Positions 39,851 to 49,874 of a DNA stretch of 64,000 bases are shown piece after piece. Position 1 is the stretch's first letter. Every line of letters starts with the position of its first letter. A model generated the notes under the pieces. That model was not told where the DNA came from and did not search any database. It saw only the letters and a list, made by a program, of their open reading frames with translations. The DNA comes from Vicinamibacteria bacterium (GTDB taxonomy: Bacteria; Acidobacteriota; Vicinamibacteria; Marinacidobacterales; Marinacidobacteraceae). Position numbers and translations under genes: made by a program. The DNA is taken from assembly GCA_963668695.2 (NCBI GenBank), contig CAXXLQ010000004.1:2880001-2944000 (forward strand), in the 5' to 3' direction.

Positions 39851-41032
39851 GTGCGCAGTCTTGTCAGATGGAGACGCTCCGTGACCGGGCTCGGGGTGGA
39901 CTTCGGGTCTTCGGGAGTCAAGGCGGTAGCACTTTCCAGCGACGGCAGCGGCCTGACCCTCCTCGGAGCCGGACGCGAGGCGCTCGAACCGGGGGCTGTC
40001 CAGGACGGCGCGATCCGGGACCCCGACCCCGTCGGTGCGGCGCTCGGCCGCCTTCTCGCACGACTGGGGGTCCGTTGTCGTCGGGTGGCTCTTTCGATCG
40101 GCGGCAGTTCGGTCCTCGTCAAGAGGTTCCCGGCGCCGGCCGAAGCGGCCCTGTCCGGCAAGGCAGGGGACGGGTTCCGCGACGCTGTTGCACGGGAAGC
40201 GGCCCGACACGTTCCGTTCCATCTCGAATCCCTCGAGTTCGACTACGAGGGGCCGCTGCCGGCACTGGCGGAGCCGGTGCCCGGAGAGCCTGCTCGAAGG
40301 GAGCGCGGGGCCATCGTGTTTGGCGCCGCGCCGCGCGAGACGGTCGACAACCACTGTCGGGCCGTGACCGCGGCCGGGCGGCAGGTGACCCGGATCGAAC
40401 TCGAACCCTACGCGCTCTATGCAGCGGCGGGCCTTACAACTTCGCTCACCTCTCCGGATCGGGAACCCAGCGCCCTGGCCATCGTGGAGATCGGTGCGTC
40501 GCGGGCCGGGGTGCATGTCTTCGGGGGCTCTCCTCCTCCCCATCGCCTGATCCGGGGTAACCATTCCGCGCCGGACCCCGGGGCCGGTGCGGGCGCGCCT
40601 GGCGACCTCCTGGCCAGCATCCCGGCACCCGGAGCGGGGGCACGGGAGGTGGATCGGCCGCCGTTGGATGCGGCCCCTCAATTCGCACCGGCCGGCCGCG
40701 CCGGTCATTCCGAGCGTCAGGAAACGGGCTGGCCGGGACGCCCTACGGACGACGCGGACGTGTTCTGGAACCGCATTGTGGCGACGGCACGGGAGGCGCT
40801 CCGAGAGGCGGACCCGCGCGGTGGGGTTCGGTTGTGCGTAAGCGGCGGCGGAGCGGGCCTGCCCGGAATGCGCGCCCGGCTGGAGGAACTCGAATTGGGC
40901 AAACCCGTGGTCCTCAATCCGTTGGGGCAACTGGGCTCAGGGGACGGGGAGCCGGCGTTCTCGGTCGCAGCCGGTCTCGCCTATCAACAGATTCTTGATC
41001 TGACGGGACCTGCAAACGGACGTCGCTCATGA
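39851..41032 (+). CDS. pilM: type IV pilus assembly protein PilM (divergent)
   Basis: LGVDFGSSGVKAV, VALSIGGSSVLVK, EAARHVPF, VEIGA, VSGGGA, FSVAAGLA; heads the pilMNOPQ order. Confidence 0.8.
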   Translation: MRSLVRWRRSVTGLGVDFGSSGVKAVALSSDGSGLTLLGAGREALEPGAVQDGAIRDPDPVGAALGRLLARLGVRCRRVALSIGGSSVLVKRFPAPAEAALSGKAGDGFRDAVAREAARHVPFHLESLEFDYEGPLPALAEPVPGEPARRERGAIVFGAAPRETVDNHCRAVTAAGRQVTRIELEPYALYAAAGLTTSLTSPDREPSALAIVEIGASRAGVHVFGGSPPPHRLIRGNHSAPDPGAGAGAPGDLLASIPAPGAGAREVDRPPLDAAPQFAPAGRAGHSERQETGWPGRPTDDADVFWNRIVATAREALREADPRGGVRLCVSGGGAGLPGMRARLEELELGKPVVLNPLGQLGSGDGEPAFSVAAGLAYQQILDLTGPANGRRS

Positions 41033-41649
41033 ATCTCCTGCCGGCGGAAGCCCGTCAAGGTCGAATGCTCGGAAAGCGCGCCGGTGCCTCTGCCCACGTT
41101 CGGATTTTTTGGGGCACGCTGCCCATCGCCCTGACGCTGGCGATGATTGGGCTCGACGTGAATGTCCTGCGTACGCGCCTTCAAGGCGCCCGCTCCGACC
41201 GGGACCGTCTGGGGACCCTGATCGCCGAACGGGAGGGGCTGGAGGAGCGTCTCGTGGCGGATCGGGAACGGCTTCGGCAACTGCGCGTGGCCGAAGGGCG
41301 CCTGGCGCGCTGGGACGAAGAGCGGTTTCTACTGCCGGAGCTCCTGCGGGGGCTCTCGGTCGCGGTTCCGGATGCGGTCGTTCTCGAAGAGGTCCGTCGG
41401 GAAGGCCCGGATTTCCGGGTGACCGGGCGCGGGGATTCGGCGTCCGTGGTCGCCAAGGCGGTGGACGCCCTTTCCGGGATGGAGCGAGTGCGCGATCTGG
41501 AGTTGCTCTGGGTCGAGCGGGTGGACGGAGCGGCCGGCGTGGAGGAGCAGCGATTCGCGCTCGCGGGCTCGCTTCGCTTCGCGTCGCGGGAACCTCAGCC
41601 GTTCGAGACGGTTGAGGCCGCACCGCGGGACCGGGAGCGTTATCGGTGA
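41029..41649 (+). CDS. pilN: type IV pilus assembly protein PilN
   Basis: MNLLP N-terminal motif, TM helix, coiled coil, VPDAVVL. Confidence 0.8.
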   Translation: MNLLPAEARQGRMLGKRAGASAHVRIFWGTLPIALTLAMIGLDVNVLRTRLQGARSDRDRLGTLIAEREGLEERLVADRERLRQLRVAEGRLARWDEERFLLPELLRGLSVAVPDAVVLEEVRREGPDFRVTGRGDSASVVAKAVDALSGMERVRDLELLWVERVDGAAGVEEQRFALAGSLRFASREPQPFETVEAAPRDRERYR

Positions 41650-42281
41650 GTTGGATGTCTTCCTGGTGGGCGGTGCTTGGGCCTTTCGTGACGACGGGTC
41701 TCGTCGTTTATGGCGCCTTTCGGTTCGCGGTTCGGCCAGGAATGGTTGCGGAACTCAAACGCGTCGAGGATCAGGTGGCGGAGTTGAGGGTGCGAGTTGC
41801 TACGGACGGGGCGGAGGGTTCGGATCCCGACATCGAGGGATCCGCCGAAGTCGCCGAGGAACTGGTTCGAACCCAGGAGCGGGTCACGGCCCTGGCGGGC
41901 ATCCTGGCGACTCCGAGGGAAGCCGAGGCCGTTCTGGAATCGCTCGGCTTCATGGCCTCGGAGTCGGGAGTCCGATTTCTGCGCTTTGCGCCGGAACCCG
42001 AGTACCGATTGGACGGATATCTTGCCCGCGCCGCTTCGGTGGTGGCCGAAGGGGCGTTCTTCGAAGTCCTGGACTTCTTCGAACGGGTTTCGCTCTCGCC
42101 CCATTTGGTCCTGGTCGAGGACGCTGGGCTCGAGCTGGGCCCGGGCGGCGTCATTCGCTGCCGCTTCGTGGCCGTTACCGTGCGGGTCGCCGGAGTCGGG
42201 CTCGGCTCGCGGCACGAATCAGCCCCGGTCGCGACCGGGGCCGATGCGGCAGGCCTGGGTGGCGGAGAGTCCGGATGCTGA
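41646..42281 (+). CDS. pilO: type IV pilus assembly protein PilO
   Basis: TM plus coiled coil, ESGVRFLRFAP, EGAFFEVLDFF; operon position. Confidence 0.75.
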   Translation: MSWMSSWWAVLGPFVTTGLVVYGAFRFAVRPGMVAELKRVEDQVAELRVRVATDGAEGSDPDIEGSAEVAEELVRTQERVTALAGILATPREAEAVLESLGFMASESGVRFLRFAPEPEYRLDGYLARAASVVAEGAFFEVLDFFERVSLSPHLVLVEDAGLELGPGGVIRCRFVAVTVRVAGVGLGSRHESAPVATGADAAGLGGGESGC

Positions 42282-42736
42282 ATGGTGCATCGCTCCGGAG
42301 AGGAGCCCTGATCCTCTTGCTTGTCGGACTTCCCGGGTTCGCGGAGGGTCGCGAGGGAGGCCCGGCGCATCGCTCGCAGGTCCGGAGAACGCGCGAGGAG
42401 CGAGTTCGCGATCCATTTCAAAAGCCGGCTGAGGGGCCCGACACGGCGCGCCCTCCCGGACTTGCCGGCATCGGGATCATGGAAGCGGTGGTTCGGGGGA
42501 TCGTGCGCTACCAGGAGCCCTCGGGCGGCGAAGAGGAGACCGGAGCATCCGGCTACGCGATTCTCGAGTCACGATCCGGAGGGGGATTCGTTGCCGCGCC
42601 GGGAGGTCGTCTCCTGGACGGAGTTTTGGGCGAGATCGTGGACGGCGGAGTCATTTTCTGGCTTGAAGGCGATCCGCACCGCCCCGTTCATCGGCCCCTC
42701 GCGGCGCCAGGGGCGGATCCCCCGGAGGTCCGATGA
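42275..42736 (+). CDS. pilP: PilP-like protein
   Basis: Signal peptide, RDPF motif, VRGIV, GRLLDG; lies between pilO and pilQ. Confidence 0.65.
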   Translation: MLNGASLRRGALILLLVGLPGFAEGREGGPAHRSQVRRTREERVRDPFQKPAEGPDTARPPGLAGIGIMEAVVRGIVRYQEPSGGEEETGASGYAILESRSGGGFVAAPGGRLLDGVLGEIVDGGVIFWLEGDPHRPVHRPLAAPGADPPEVR

Positions 42737-44547
42737 GATATCCGACGAAGCGCTCGGGATCGCTGCTGCGGTCCGGTTTCGCGCTCTGGGTCCTCGTGGG
42801 CCCGGGCGCGCACCCGGCTTCCGCAGCTGGCGCCCGAACGACGCAGGTTCTGGTCGCCGCATCTCAACCGGCGGTAACCGGGTTACAGGTTCATCCGGGG
42901 GAGGGCGAAACCAGTCTCCGGTTCCTCACCAACGGGAAGTTGCATGCGCCTGCCGCAGTGCGGTTGCAGGACCGATTCCAGGTGCTGATGCCGGGGGTGG
43001 ATCTTTCGGCGGTGGTTGGATCCTGGGGCATTGGAACGCCCGAGATCCTTGAGGTGCGGGTATCCGCGGACGAGACGGAGGGCATCACCGTGGAGGCGGC
43101 TCCCGGGGTTGTCTGCGACCCTTCGCTCTTCGAAGGCGGCCTTGAGATTTCGTGCCTTGCGCCGCCCTCGGAGAGTGAGGAGGGCGGCGCCGATGGCGAG
43201 ACCCCCCGCGGGGTGGCGGGCGCCGGGGAACCGCGGGTCAGTCTCGATTTTCGGGACGCGGATCTCCGGGACGTGCTCCGCGTGCTGAGCGAGGTCAGCG
43301 GACTCGATTTCGTCCTGCAACCCGGGGTGTCGGGCCGGGTCTCGGTCCGGCTGACCGAGATTCCGTGGGACCGGGCGCTGGAGCTGATCCTCCGCTCGCA
43401 GCGCCTCGGACACGTCCTTGAAGGGGGCGTTCTGCGCGTGGGCCCGTCAGCCGAACTTGCGGCCGAACATACGGAACGGCGGCGGCAGGAGGAACAGCGC
43501 GAGCTTGCCGGCGAGCTGATGACCTTCACTCGCAACCTGGCGTACGTGCGCCCGGAAGAGGTCAAGGAACTGCTCGAAAGCCGGTTGAGCGAGAGAGGGT
43601 CGCTCATCGCCGACCAGCGCACGGGGACCGTCCTGGTGGCGGACGTGGAGAGTCGGGTTCGCGAGATCGAATCGGTGCTGGACGTGCTCGACATCCCGGT
43701 TCCCGGGGTGGAGATCGAAGCGCGCATCGTCCTGGCGACCCGGACGCTTACCAGAAGACTCGGAATCCAGTGGGGCGGGGGCCTCCTGCGCGAACAGACC
43801 GGCAAGAAACTGCCCCAGTCCTTTCGAATCGGTGCGGACGCGATCGGAGGAGCCACCTCATCGTTCTCCACGGGTAGCCCGGCCGGTGGCGTGTTGCCCG
43901 CCGCGAACGCTGACGGCGGGCGCCCGGGCTACGGCGTGAATCTCCCCATCAGTGGCGCCCCCACCGGAGCGCTGGGCCTGGCGCTGGGTGCGCTCGGGGG
44001 CGCGGCCCATCTCGACCTGGCGCTGACCGCCGCCGAGCGGAAAGGCGAAGTGAGGATCCTTTCGGCGCCGAGGATCGTCGCGCAGAACGGCTGGCCCGCG
44101 ACAATCAAGCAGGGAGTGACTTTTCCGGTTCAGGTGGTGGCCAACAACACAGTTACCGTGCAGTTCCGGGATGCGGTCCTGGAACTCACGGTAACCCCAC
44201 AGGTGAGTCCCGGGGGCACGGTCCTCCTGGATCTCACCGTGAGCAACGACTCGCTCGATTTCGGCCAGTCTGTCGGAGGAATTCCGAGCATCCTGACCCA
44301 GAGCGCCACGACCCGGATACGGGTCGCAGATGGAGAGACGACGGTGCTCGGAGGTGTCTTCGCCACGCAGGAGGCGCAGGCTCGGGGCCGGGTACCGGGG
44401 CTGCACCGAATCCCGCTGCTGGGGCACCTGTTCCGATCGCGGGAGGAGAACCACCGCGATGAAGAACTGCTCATCTTCCTCACACCGAGAATTCGGTTCG
44501 TTGAGCGTGCCCGTTTGCCTGGCGCCGCCCCTCCGTCTCAGGGGTGA
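42733..44547 (+). CDS. pilQ: type IV pilus secretin
   Basis: VSLDFRDADLRDVLR, PWDRAL, VEIEARIV, ILSAPRI, LELTVTPQ, VPGLHRIPLLGHLFR, ELLIFLTPRI. Confidence 0.92.
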   Translation: MRYPTKRSGSLLRSGFALWVLVGPGAHPASAAGARTTQVLVAASQPAVTGLQVHPGEGETSLRFLTNGKLHAPAAVRLQDRFQVLMPGVDLSAVVGSWGIGTPEILEVRVSADETEGITVEAAPGVVCDPSLFEGGLEISCLAPPSESEEGGADGETPRGVAGAGEPRVSLDFRDADLRDVLRVLSEVSGLDFVLQPGVSGRVSVRLTEIPWDRALELILRSQRLGHVLEGGVLRVGPSAELAAEHTERRRQEEQRELAGELMTFTRNLAYVRPEEVKELLESRLSERGSLIADQRTGTVLVADVESRVREIESVLDVLDIPVPGVEIEARIVLATRTLTRRLGIQWGGGLLREQTGKKLPQSFRIGADAIGGATSSFSTGSPAGGVLPAANADGGRPGYGVNLPISGAPTGALGLALGALGGAAHLDLALTAAERKGEVRILSAPRIVAQNGWPATIKQGVTFPVQVVANNTVTVQFRDAVLELTVTPQVSPGGTVLLDLTVSNDSLDFGQSVGGIPSILTQSATTRIRVADGETTVLGGVFATQEAQARGRVPGLHRIPLLGHLFRSREENHRDEELLIFLTPRIRFVERARLPGAAPPSQG

Positions 44548-44640
44548 ATTGGCGGCCCGCTGACCGGTCGGATTCGGGGAATCGCGCCCGCCCCTTGTGG
44601 TAGCGTTCCGGCCGTTGCGGGCCAAGCCCCGCTGCCACTC

Positions 44641-45108
44641 GTGCCCGCATCTTCGTCCAAAGAGCCGAACCTCGCCGACCTTCTGGAGGCTTTGGATCAG
44701 CTTGCCGGAACGGAATTCCACGAGGTGGATCTCCGCGTCGGAGGCGCCCGCCTGCGCGTCGCGCGGGGGCCGACCACAACCGCCGCCGGAGCGGTACTAC
44801 CGGCTGCGGTTCCCATGGCCCCGGCGGCCGGCGCCGACGACGGAGCGGCGGACGCGGCGGCATCCGGACTCAAGGCGATCATTGCTCCCATGGTCGGGAC
44901 GTTCTACCGTCGTCCCAGGCCCGACGCGGAGCCGTTCGTCAGTGTCGGAGATCGGGTCCGGAAGGGCCAGGTCCTGTGCGTCATCGAAGCCATGAAGCTG
45001 ATGAACAACATCGAGGCTGACGGCAGCGGCGAGGTTGTGGAGATCTTCCCGGAAGATGCCTCACCGGTGCAGTACGGAGACCGGCTCTTTGTGATCCGGC
45101 CCGCCTGA
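44641..45108 (+). CDS. accB: acetyl-CoA carboxylase biotin carboxyl carrier protein
   Basis: APMVGTFYRRP and IEAMKLMN biotinylation motif. Confidence 0.95.
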   Translation: MPASSSKEPNLADLLEALDQLAGTEFHEVDLRVGGARLRVARGPTTTAAGAVLPAAVPMAPAAGADDGAADAAASGLKAIIAPMVGTFYRRPRPDAEPFVSVGDRVRKGQVLCVIEAMKLMNNIEADGSGEVVEIFPEDASPVQYGDRLFVIRPA

Positions 45109-45112
45109 ACGG

Positions 45113-46447
45113 GTGTTCGACAAAGTCCTCGTTGCGAACCGCGGCGAGATCGCGGTCAGGATCCTCGCCGCCTGCCGGGAGCTCGGCCTGCGAACGGTGG
45201 TGGCCTACTCGGACGCGGATCGCCACTCGCTACCGGTGCGACTCGCCGATGAACGGGTGTGCATCGGCCCGGCCGCCCCGAGTGAGAGCTATCTGGATGT
45301 CCCGCGCATCCTGACGGCCGCAGAAATCTCGGGTGCCGACGCCATCCATCCCGGCTACGGATTCCTGGCCGAGAGCCACGCCTTGGCCGAGGTCTGCGAA
45401 GCCTGCCGGGTGACCTTCATCGGTCCGCTACCGGAGAGCATCCGCACCATGGGCGACAAGGCGCTGGCGCGGCGGGTCATGCGGAAGGCCGGGATTCCGA
45501 TTCTTCCCGGGACCGAATCCGGGGTGTCGGGCGCGGAAGAAGCGGCGCGGATTGCCGGCGAGATCGGATATCCGGTCCTGCTGAAGGCCTCCTTTGGCGG
45601 GGGCGGGCGGGGAATGCGGATCGTCACGGCCGAATCCGAGCTGGCGCCGGCGCTGGCGTCCGCCGCCAGCGAGGCCCAGGCGGCGTTTGGGGACGCCGAG
45701 GTGTACGTCGAGCGGTACCTGCCGAGCGTGCGCCACGTCGAGGTCCAGGTCTTCGCTGACGCACACGGCGCCACCGTGCATCTGGGCGAGCGTGACTGTT
45801 CCGTGCAGCGTCGGCATCAGAAGCTCCTAGAGGAAGCTCCGGCGCCGGGCCTGACCGAAACCACCCGGAAGAAGCTCGGGGAAGCCGCGGTAAAGGCGGC
45901 GGAAGCGGTGCGTTATCGAAACGCGGGAACGGTCGAGTTCCTGATGGATCCTGACGGGAACTTCTTTTTCAGCGAAATGAATGTGCGCATTCAGGTAGAG
46001 CACCCGGTAACCGAAATGGTGACCGGACTGGACTTGGTGCGAGAGCAAATTCGGGTGGCTGCCGGCGAACCGCTTTCCTTCTCGCAGGAGTCCGTCCAGG
46101 TTGCGGGGGCCTCGATCGAATGCCGCATCAACGCCGAGGATTCGGAGCGGTTCATCCCGAGCCCGGGGACCATCACTTCCTTCCATAGTCCCGGCGGACC
46201 CGGGGTACGGGTGGACACGGCAGCGTACGCCGGGGCCGTCATCCCGCCCTACTACGATTCCCTGGTAGCCAAACTCATCGTGCACGGCGACGATCGGCCG
46301 CATGCCGTGGCGAGGATGCGGCGGGCTCTCGCGGAGATGGAGGTGGAGGGAATCCACACGACCCTGCCACTCCATCGTCGCATCATGGAGAGCGAGGAGT
46401 TTCTCGTCGGTGGCTTCGACACCGGGTTCATCGGACGTCTCCGCTGA
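45113..46447 (+). CDS. accC: biotin carboxylase
   Basis: KVLVANRGEIA, HPGYGFLAE, GGGGRGMR, ERDCSVQRRHQK, QVEHPVTE, PYYDSLVAK. Confidence 0.97.
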   Translation: MFDKVLVANRGEIAVRILAACRELGLRTVVAYSDADRHSLPVRLADERVCIGPAAPSESYLDVPRILTAAEISGADAIHPGYGFLAESHALAEVCEACRVTFIGPLPESIRTMGDKALARRVMRKAGIPILPGTESGVSGAEEAARIAGEIGYPVLLKASFGGGGRGMRIVTAESELAPALASAASEAQAAFGDAEVYVERYLPSVRHVEVQVFADAHGATVHLGERDCSVQRRHQKLLEEAPAPGLTETTRKKLGEAAVKAAEAVRYRNAGTVEFLMDPDGNFFFSEMNVRIQVEHPVTEMVTGLDLVREQIRVAAGEPLSFSQESVQVAGASIECRINAEDSERFIPSPGTITSFHSPGGPGVRVDTAAYAGAVIPPYYDSLVAKLIVHGDDRPHAVARMRRALAEMEVEGIHTTLPLHRRIMESEEFLVGGFDTGFIGRLR

Positions 46448-46499
46448 TCGGGGCGCGAGCGGGACCTACCCAAGGGCGGGGTCCTGGTGTTCCCGGGCT

Positions 46500-47189
46500 T
46501 TCTTCGCGGCAAGCCCCGTCTATCCCATCGTGGACGCGAGCCTCTTCGGTGACGGAGATCCTGGCCCGGTTCTCCGGGCGCTCGGGGCCGCCGGGATCAG
46601 ACTGGTTCAACTTCGGGGCAAGGGGATGCCGAGCGGAGCCTTCGTGTCCTGGGTATCAGCCGGAGTTCGCGCTGCTTCCGCGCGTGGGGTCCGGGTGCTG
46701 GTGAACGACCGTGCCGACGTCGCTCTGTTGACCGGTGCCGACGGAGTCCACCTCGGGCAGCACGATCTCTCCGCGAGGGCGGCCCGGAGGCTGCTGGGAG
46801 CCCGTGCCGTCATAGGCCTTTCCACCCACAATCGGGAGGAAATGCGCGCCGCCCGGCGCGAACCCGTCGACTATCTTGCCGTGGGACCGGTGTTCGAAAC
46901 CCCGACGAAAGCTGATTCCGCTCCCGTGGTTTCGCTGAAGGGCGTTCGGCAGGCACGGCGCCGCTACGAGGGACCGCTGGTTGCGATCGGCGGGATCAGT
47001 CAGTCCCGGATACGCGCGGTGCTTGCCGCGGGAGCCGACGCGGCCGCGGTGATCTCGGCAGTGTCCGGTTCCTCGCCCCGGGAAATCGCCGCTAGGGCGC
47101 GAGCGCTGCTGGCCGCGGCCGCAGGCGAGCCTCCGCGAGCGGGACCGGGCCGCGTGACTTTGTCCACAGGCTGCCAAGGAGAGTATTGA
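46500..47189 (+). CDS. thiE: thiamine-phosphate synthase (start codon not identifiable; start coordinate approximate)
   Basis: VQLRGK, VNDRADVA, GVHLGQHD, GLSTH, GPVFETPTK, VAIGGI. Confidence 0.85.
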   Translation, partial: FFAASPVYPIVDASLFGDGDPGPVLRALGAAGIRLVQLRGKGMPSGAFVSWVSAGVRAASARGVRVLVNDRADVALLTGADGVHLGQHDLSARAARRLLGARAVIGLSTHNREEMRAARREPVDYLAVGPVFETPTKADSAPVVSLKGVRQARRRYEGPLVAIGGISQSRIRAVLAAGADAAAVISAVSGSSPREIAARARALLAAAAGEPPRAGPGRVTLSTGCQGEY

Positions 47190-48115
47190 TGTCGGGAAGA
47201 ATCCTGGATGGGAAGAGAATCGGTGCCGCGATTCGCGCCGATGCCGCCGAGGCGGCTCGGGAGTTTGCGCGTGGCGGTCGCCTCCCCGGGCTGGCGGTGG
47301 TGCTCGTGGGAGACGATCCTGCCTCCGCGATCTATGTGCGGGGAAAGATCAAGGCGTCGCGGGAGGTGGGGATCATCTCGGAGACTCATCGTCTGCCGGC
47401 GACGACGAAGGCGCCGGAACTGGCCGGACTGCTGGAGCGGCTGAACCAGGACGAATCGGTGGACGCGATCCTGCTTCAGCTCCCTTTGCCGGGGGGGCTC
47501 GATGCGTCGGAGTTCCTGGCCCGGATTCGTCCGGACAAGGATGTCGACGGTTTTCATCCCGAAAACGTGGGCCGGCTGGTGGCCAACCTCCCCGGCCCGA
47601 GCCCCTGTACCCCCGCGGGAATCATGGAGATGTTCCGCCGCGAAGGGATCGAGGTGCGTGGCTCCCGGGCGGTAGTGGTCGGGCGGAGCGACATCGTGGG
47701 CAAGCCCCTGGCGCTCCTGCTGCTGCATCAACACGCCACCGTTACGGTTTGCCACTCGCGGACGCGGGACCTCCCCGCGGTGTGCCGGGAGGCGGACATC
47801 CTCTGCACGGCGATCGGCCGGCCGGCGATGATTGGGGCGGACGCCATCCGCGAAGGTGCGGTCGTGGTGGACGTGGGGATGAACCGCGCCACTACCGAGG
47901 ATGAGGTGCGCGATTTCTTTGGAGACGATGACAAGCGGCTGGCCCGCTTCCGGAGGAACGGGTACACCCTGGTCGGTGATGTCCATCCGGTGGCGATGCG
48001 GGAACGGTCTTCCGCCTACACCCCGGTTCCCGGTGGAGTCGGACCACTCACCATCGCAATGCTGCTGGCAAACACCGTCGCTCTTGCCGCCGCCCGCCGG
48101 GCATCTTGCCCTTAA
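47186..48115 (+). CDS. folD: methylenetetrahydrofolate dehydrogenase/cyclohydrolase
   Basis: KDVDGFHP, PCTPAG, GRSDIVGKP, TPVPGGVGPLTIAML. Confidence 0.97.
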   Translation: MMSGRILDGKRIGAAIRADAAEAAREFARGGRLPGLAVVLVGDDPASAIYVRGKIKASREVGIISETHRLPATTKAPELAGLLERLNQDESVDAILLQLPLPGGLDASEFLARIRPDKDVDGFHPENVGRLVANLPGPSPCTPAGIMEMFRREGIEVRGSRAVVVGRSDIVGKPLALLLLHQHATVTVCHSRTRDLPAVCREADILCTAIGRPAMIGADAIREGAVVVDVGMNRATTEDEVRDFFGDDDKRLARFRRNGYTLVGDVHPVAMRERSSAYTPVPGGVGPLTIAMLLANTVALAAARRASCP

Positions 48116-48121
48116 CAGCCT

Positions 48122-48730
48122 GTGCTTCGGATCGGTCTCACTGGCGGGATCGCCTCCGGGAAAACGACGGTACGCCGGGTTTTCGAGCGCACCGGCATCC
48201 CCATGCTCGATGCGGACGCGCTGACGCACGAGTTCTTTCTTCCTGGCGGCGAACTGGTGGAAGCGATTGCGAGCCACTTTGGTCCCGACGTGATCGCCCC
48301 GGGGGGCGGCATCGAAAGAAAGATTCTGGGGGCTCGAGTCTTTGCCAACCCCGCGGAGCGGGGATGGCTGAACAACGTGGTGCATCCGCGGATCTGGGAG
48401 CGGATCGGCGCTTTTCTGGATGAGTGCGAACGGCGGGGAAGAGGGGTCGCCGGCATCGAGGCCGCGCTCATGGTGGAGACCGGTAGCGCGGCGAACTACG
48501 ACCGGATCGTCGTTGTCGTCTGCCGTCCGGAACAGCAGTTCGAGCGCCTCACGGCCCGCTCCGGGATGAGCCCGGAAGAGGCTCGTCTGCGTCTCGCCGC
48601 CCAGATGGATCCCGTAGAGAAAGCAGGGCAGGCCGATGACCTGGTGGATGCGTCCGGAACCCTGGAGGAGACCGAAGCAGCGGCCGGAGCGCTCGCCCAC
48701 GCACTCCTCGCGCGCGCTGCGGGGGCGTGA
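48122..48730 (+). CDS. coaE: dephospho-CoA kinase
   Basis: IGLTGGIASGKTT, LDAD, VHP, EAALMVE, RLAAQM. Confidence 0.93.
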   Translation: MLRIGLTGGIASGKTTVRRVFERTGIPMLDADALTHEFFLPGGELVEAIASHFGPDVIAPGGGIERKILGARVFANPAERGWLNNVVHPRIWERIGAFLDECERRGRGVAGIEAALMVETGSAANYDRIVVVVCRPEQQFERLTARSGMSPEEARLRLAAQMDPVEKAGQADDLVDASGTLEETEAAAGALAHALLARAAGA

Positions 48731-48747
48731 CCGCCCGCGGGGCCAGC

Positions 48748-49260
48748 TAGCAGCCGGTGGTGAAACCCACGCGGCCCAGTTCTCCCGGTGGGGGCTCGGC
48801 CGGCGATCCATCCCGGCCAAACAGCCGGTGGTGGAACCCACGCGGCGTTCGGCCGGCGATCCATCCCAGCCAAACAGCCGGTGGTGGAACCCACGCGGCG
48901 TTCGGCCGGCGATCCATCCCAGCTGAACCGCGTCGCTTCGCGCCGCTCATCGTTGCGTTTCGGTCGGAAAACACCCGGGCCAGTTCTCCCGGTGGGGGCT
49001 CCTCCCTCACGCGCCTTGTCAGCCGGGCGCCTCGCCCCCACCGGGAGGACTGGCCAACCTCGGCGCTCACGTGGGTTCCACCACCGGCTGTTCACCACTC
49101 CGCTTCGCTGCGTTTTGCGTTGCGTTTCGGCCGGAAAACACCCGGGCCAGTTCTCCCGGTGGGGGCTCCTCCCTCACGCGCCTTGTCAGCCGGGCGCCTC
49201 GCCCCCACCGGGAGAACTGGCCGCTCTCGGCGCTCACCCGGGTTCCACCACCGGCTGCTA
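48748..49260 (+). mobile_element. compound MITE (short left modules plus two core modules); right end supplies the kdsC TAG
   Basis: TAGCAGCCGGTGGTGAAA ... CCACCGGCTGCTA. Confidence 0.88.
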
Positions 49261-49860
49261 ACCCCAGAAGCGGAACAGGGCGTCGTCGAGCAGTCCCCGA
49301 GCGTCGAGGATCCGTTCGATGATCTGCCGAACGGCGCCCCGGCCACCCGGAGCGTCAGCGACGAAGTGGACGCATTCCAGCACCGCCGGGTGGGCGTCGG
49401 CCGGTGCGGCGGCAAACCCTGCCCTCCGGAGGGCAGGTAAGTCCTGAACGTCATCACCCACAAAGGCAACCTGCTCCGGCGTCAGGCCGAAAGCGACGCA
49501 CGCTTCCTCAAAGGCCCGGCCCTTGTCGAAGCAGCCTTCCCGGAGGAAATCCAGAGACAGCTCGGCGGCGCGCCCCCTGACGACACCGGAGCGGCGCCCG
49601 GTCACGAAACCGAGACGTAGTCCGCTCTTCTTGGCCATCACGAGCCCCAGCCCGTCGCGGGAATGGAATCGCTTGCGCTCCGGAACCCCGGCGTCCTCGT
49701 CGCCCGGCTCGAAGGTCCCGTCGGTCAGCACGCCGTCCACGTCAAGCAGCACCGCTTTGATGGCCGCCGCCCGCCGCGCCACCGGATCGTTTCCAGGAGG
49801 CGCGTTGGCCGTGGCGACGGGCTGAGAGGGGTCGGTTCGGCCGGAGTGCGTCCTGGGCAC
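49258..49860 (-). CDS. kdsC: KDO-8-phosphate phosphatase (HAD, KdsC/YrbI)
   Basis: LLDVDGVLTDG, FHSRDGLG, VTGR, FVGDDVQD, GGRGAVR. Confidence 0.9.
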   Translation of the reverse strand: MPRTHSGRTDPSQPVATANAPPGNDPVARRAAAIKAVLLDVDGVLTDGTFEPGDEDAGVPERKRFHSRDGLGLVMAKKSGLRLGFVTGRRSGVVRGRAAELSLDFLREGCFDKGRAFEEACVAFGLTPEQVAFVGDDVQDLPALRRAGFAAAPADAHPAVLECVHFVADAPGGRGAVRQIIERILDARGLLDDALFRFWG

Positions 49861-49874
49861 CGAAGCTCGGCCGG

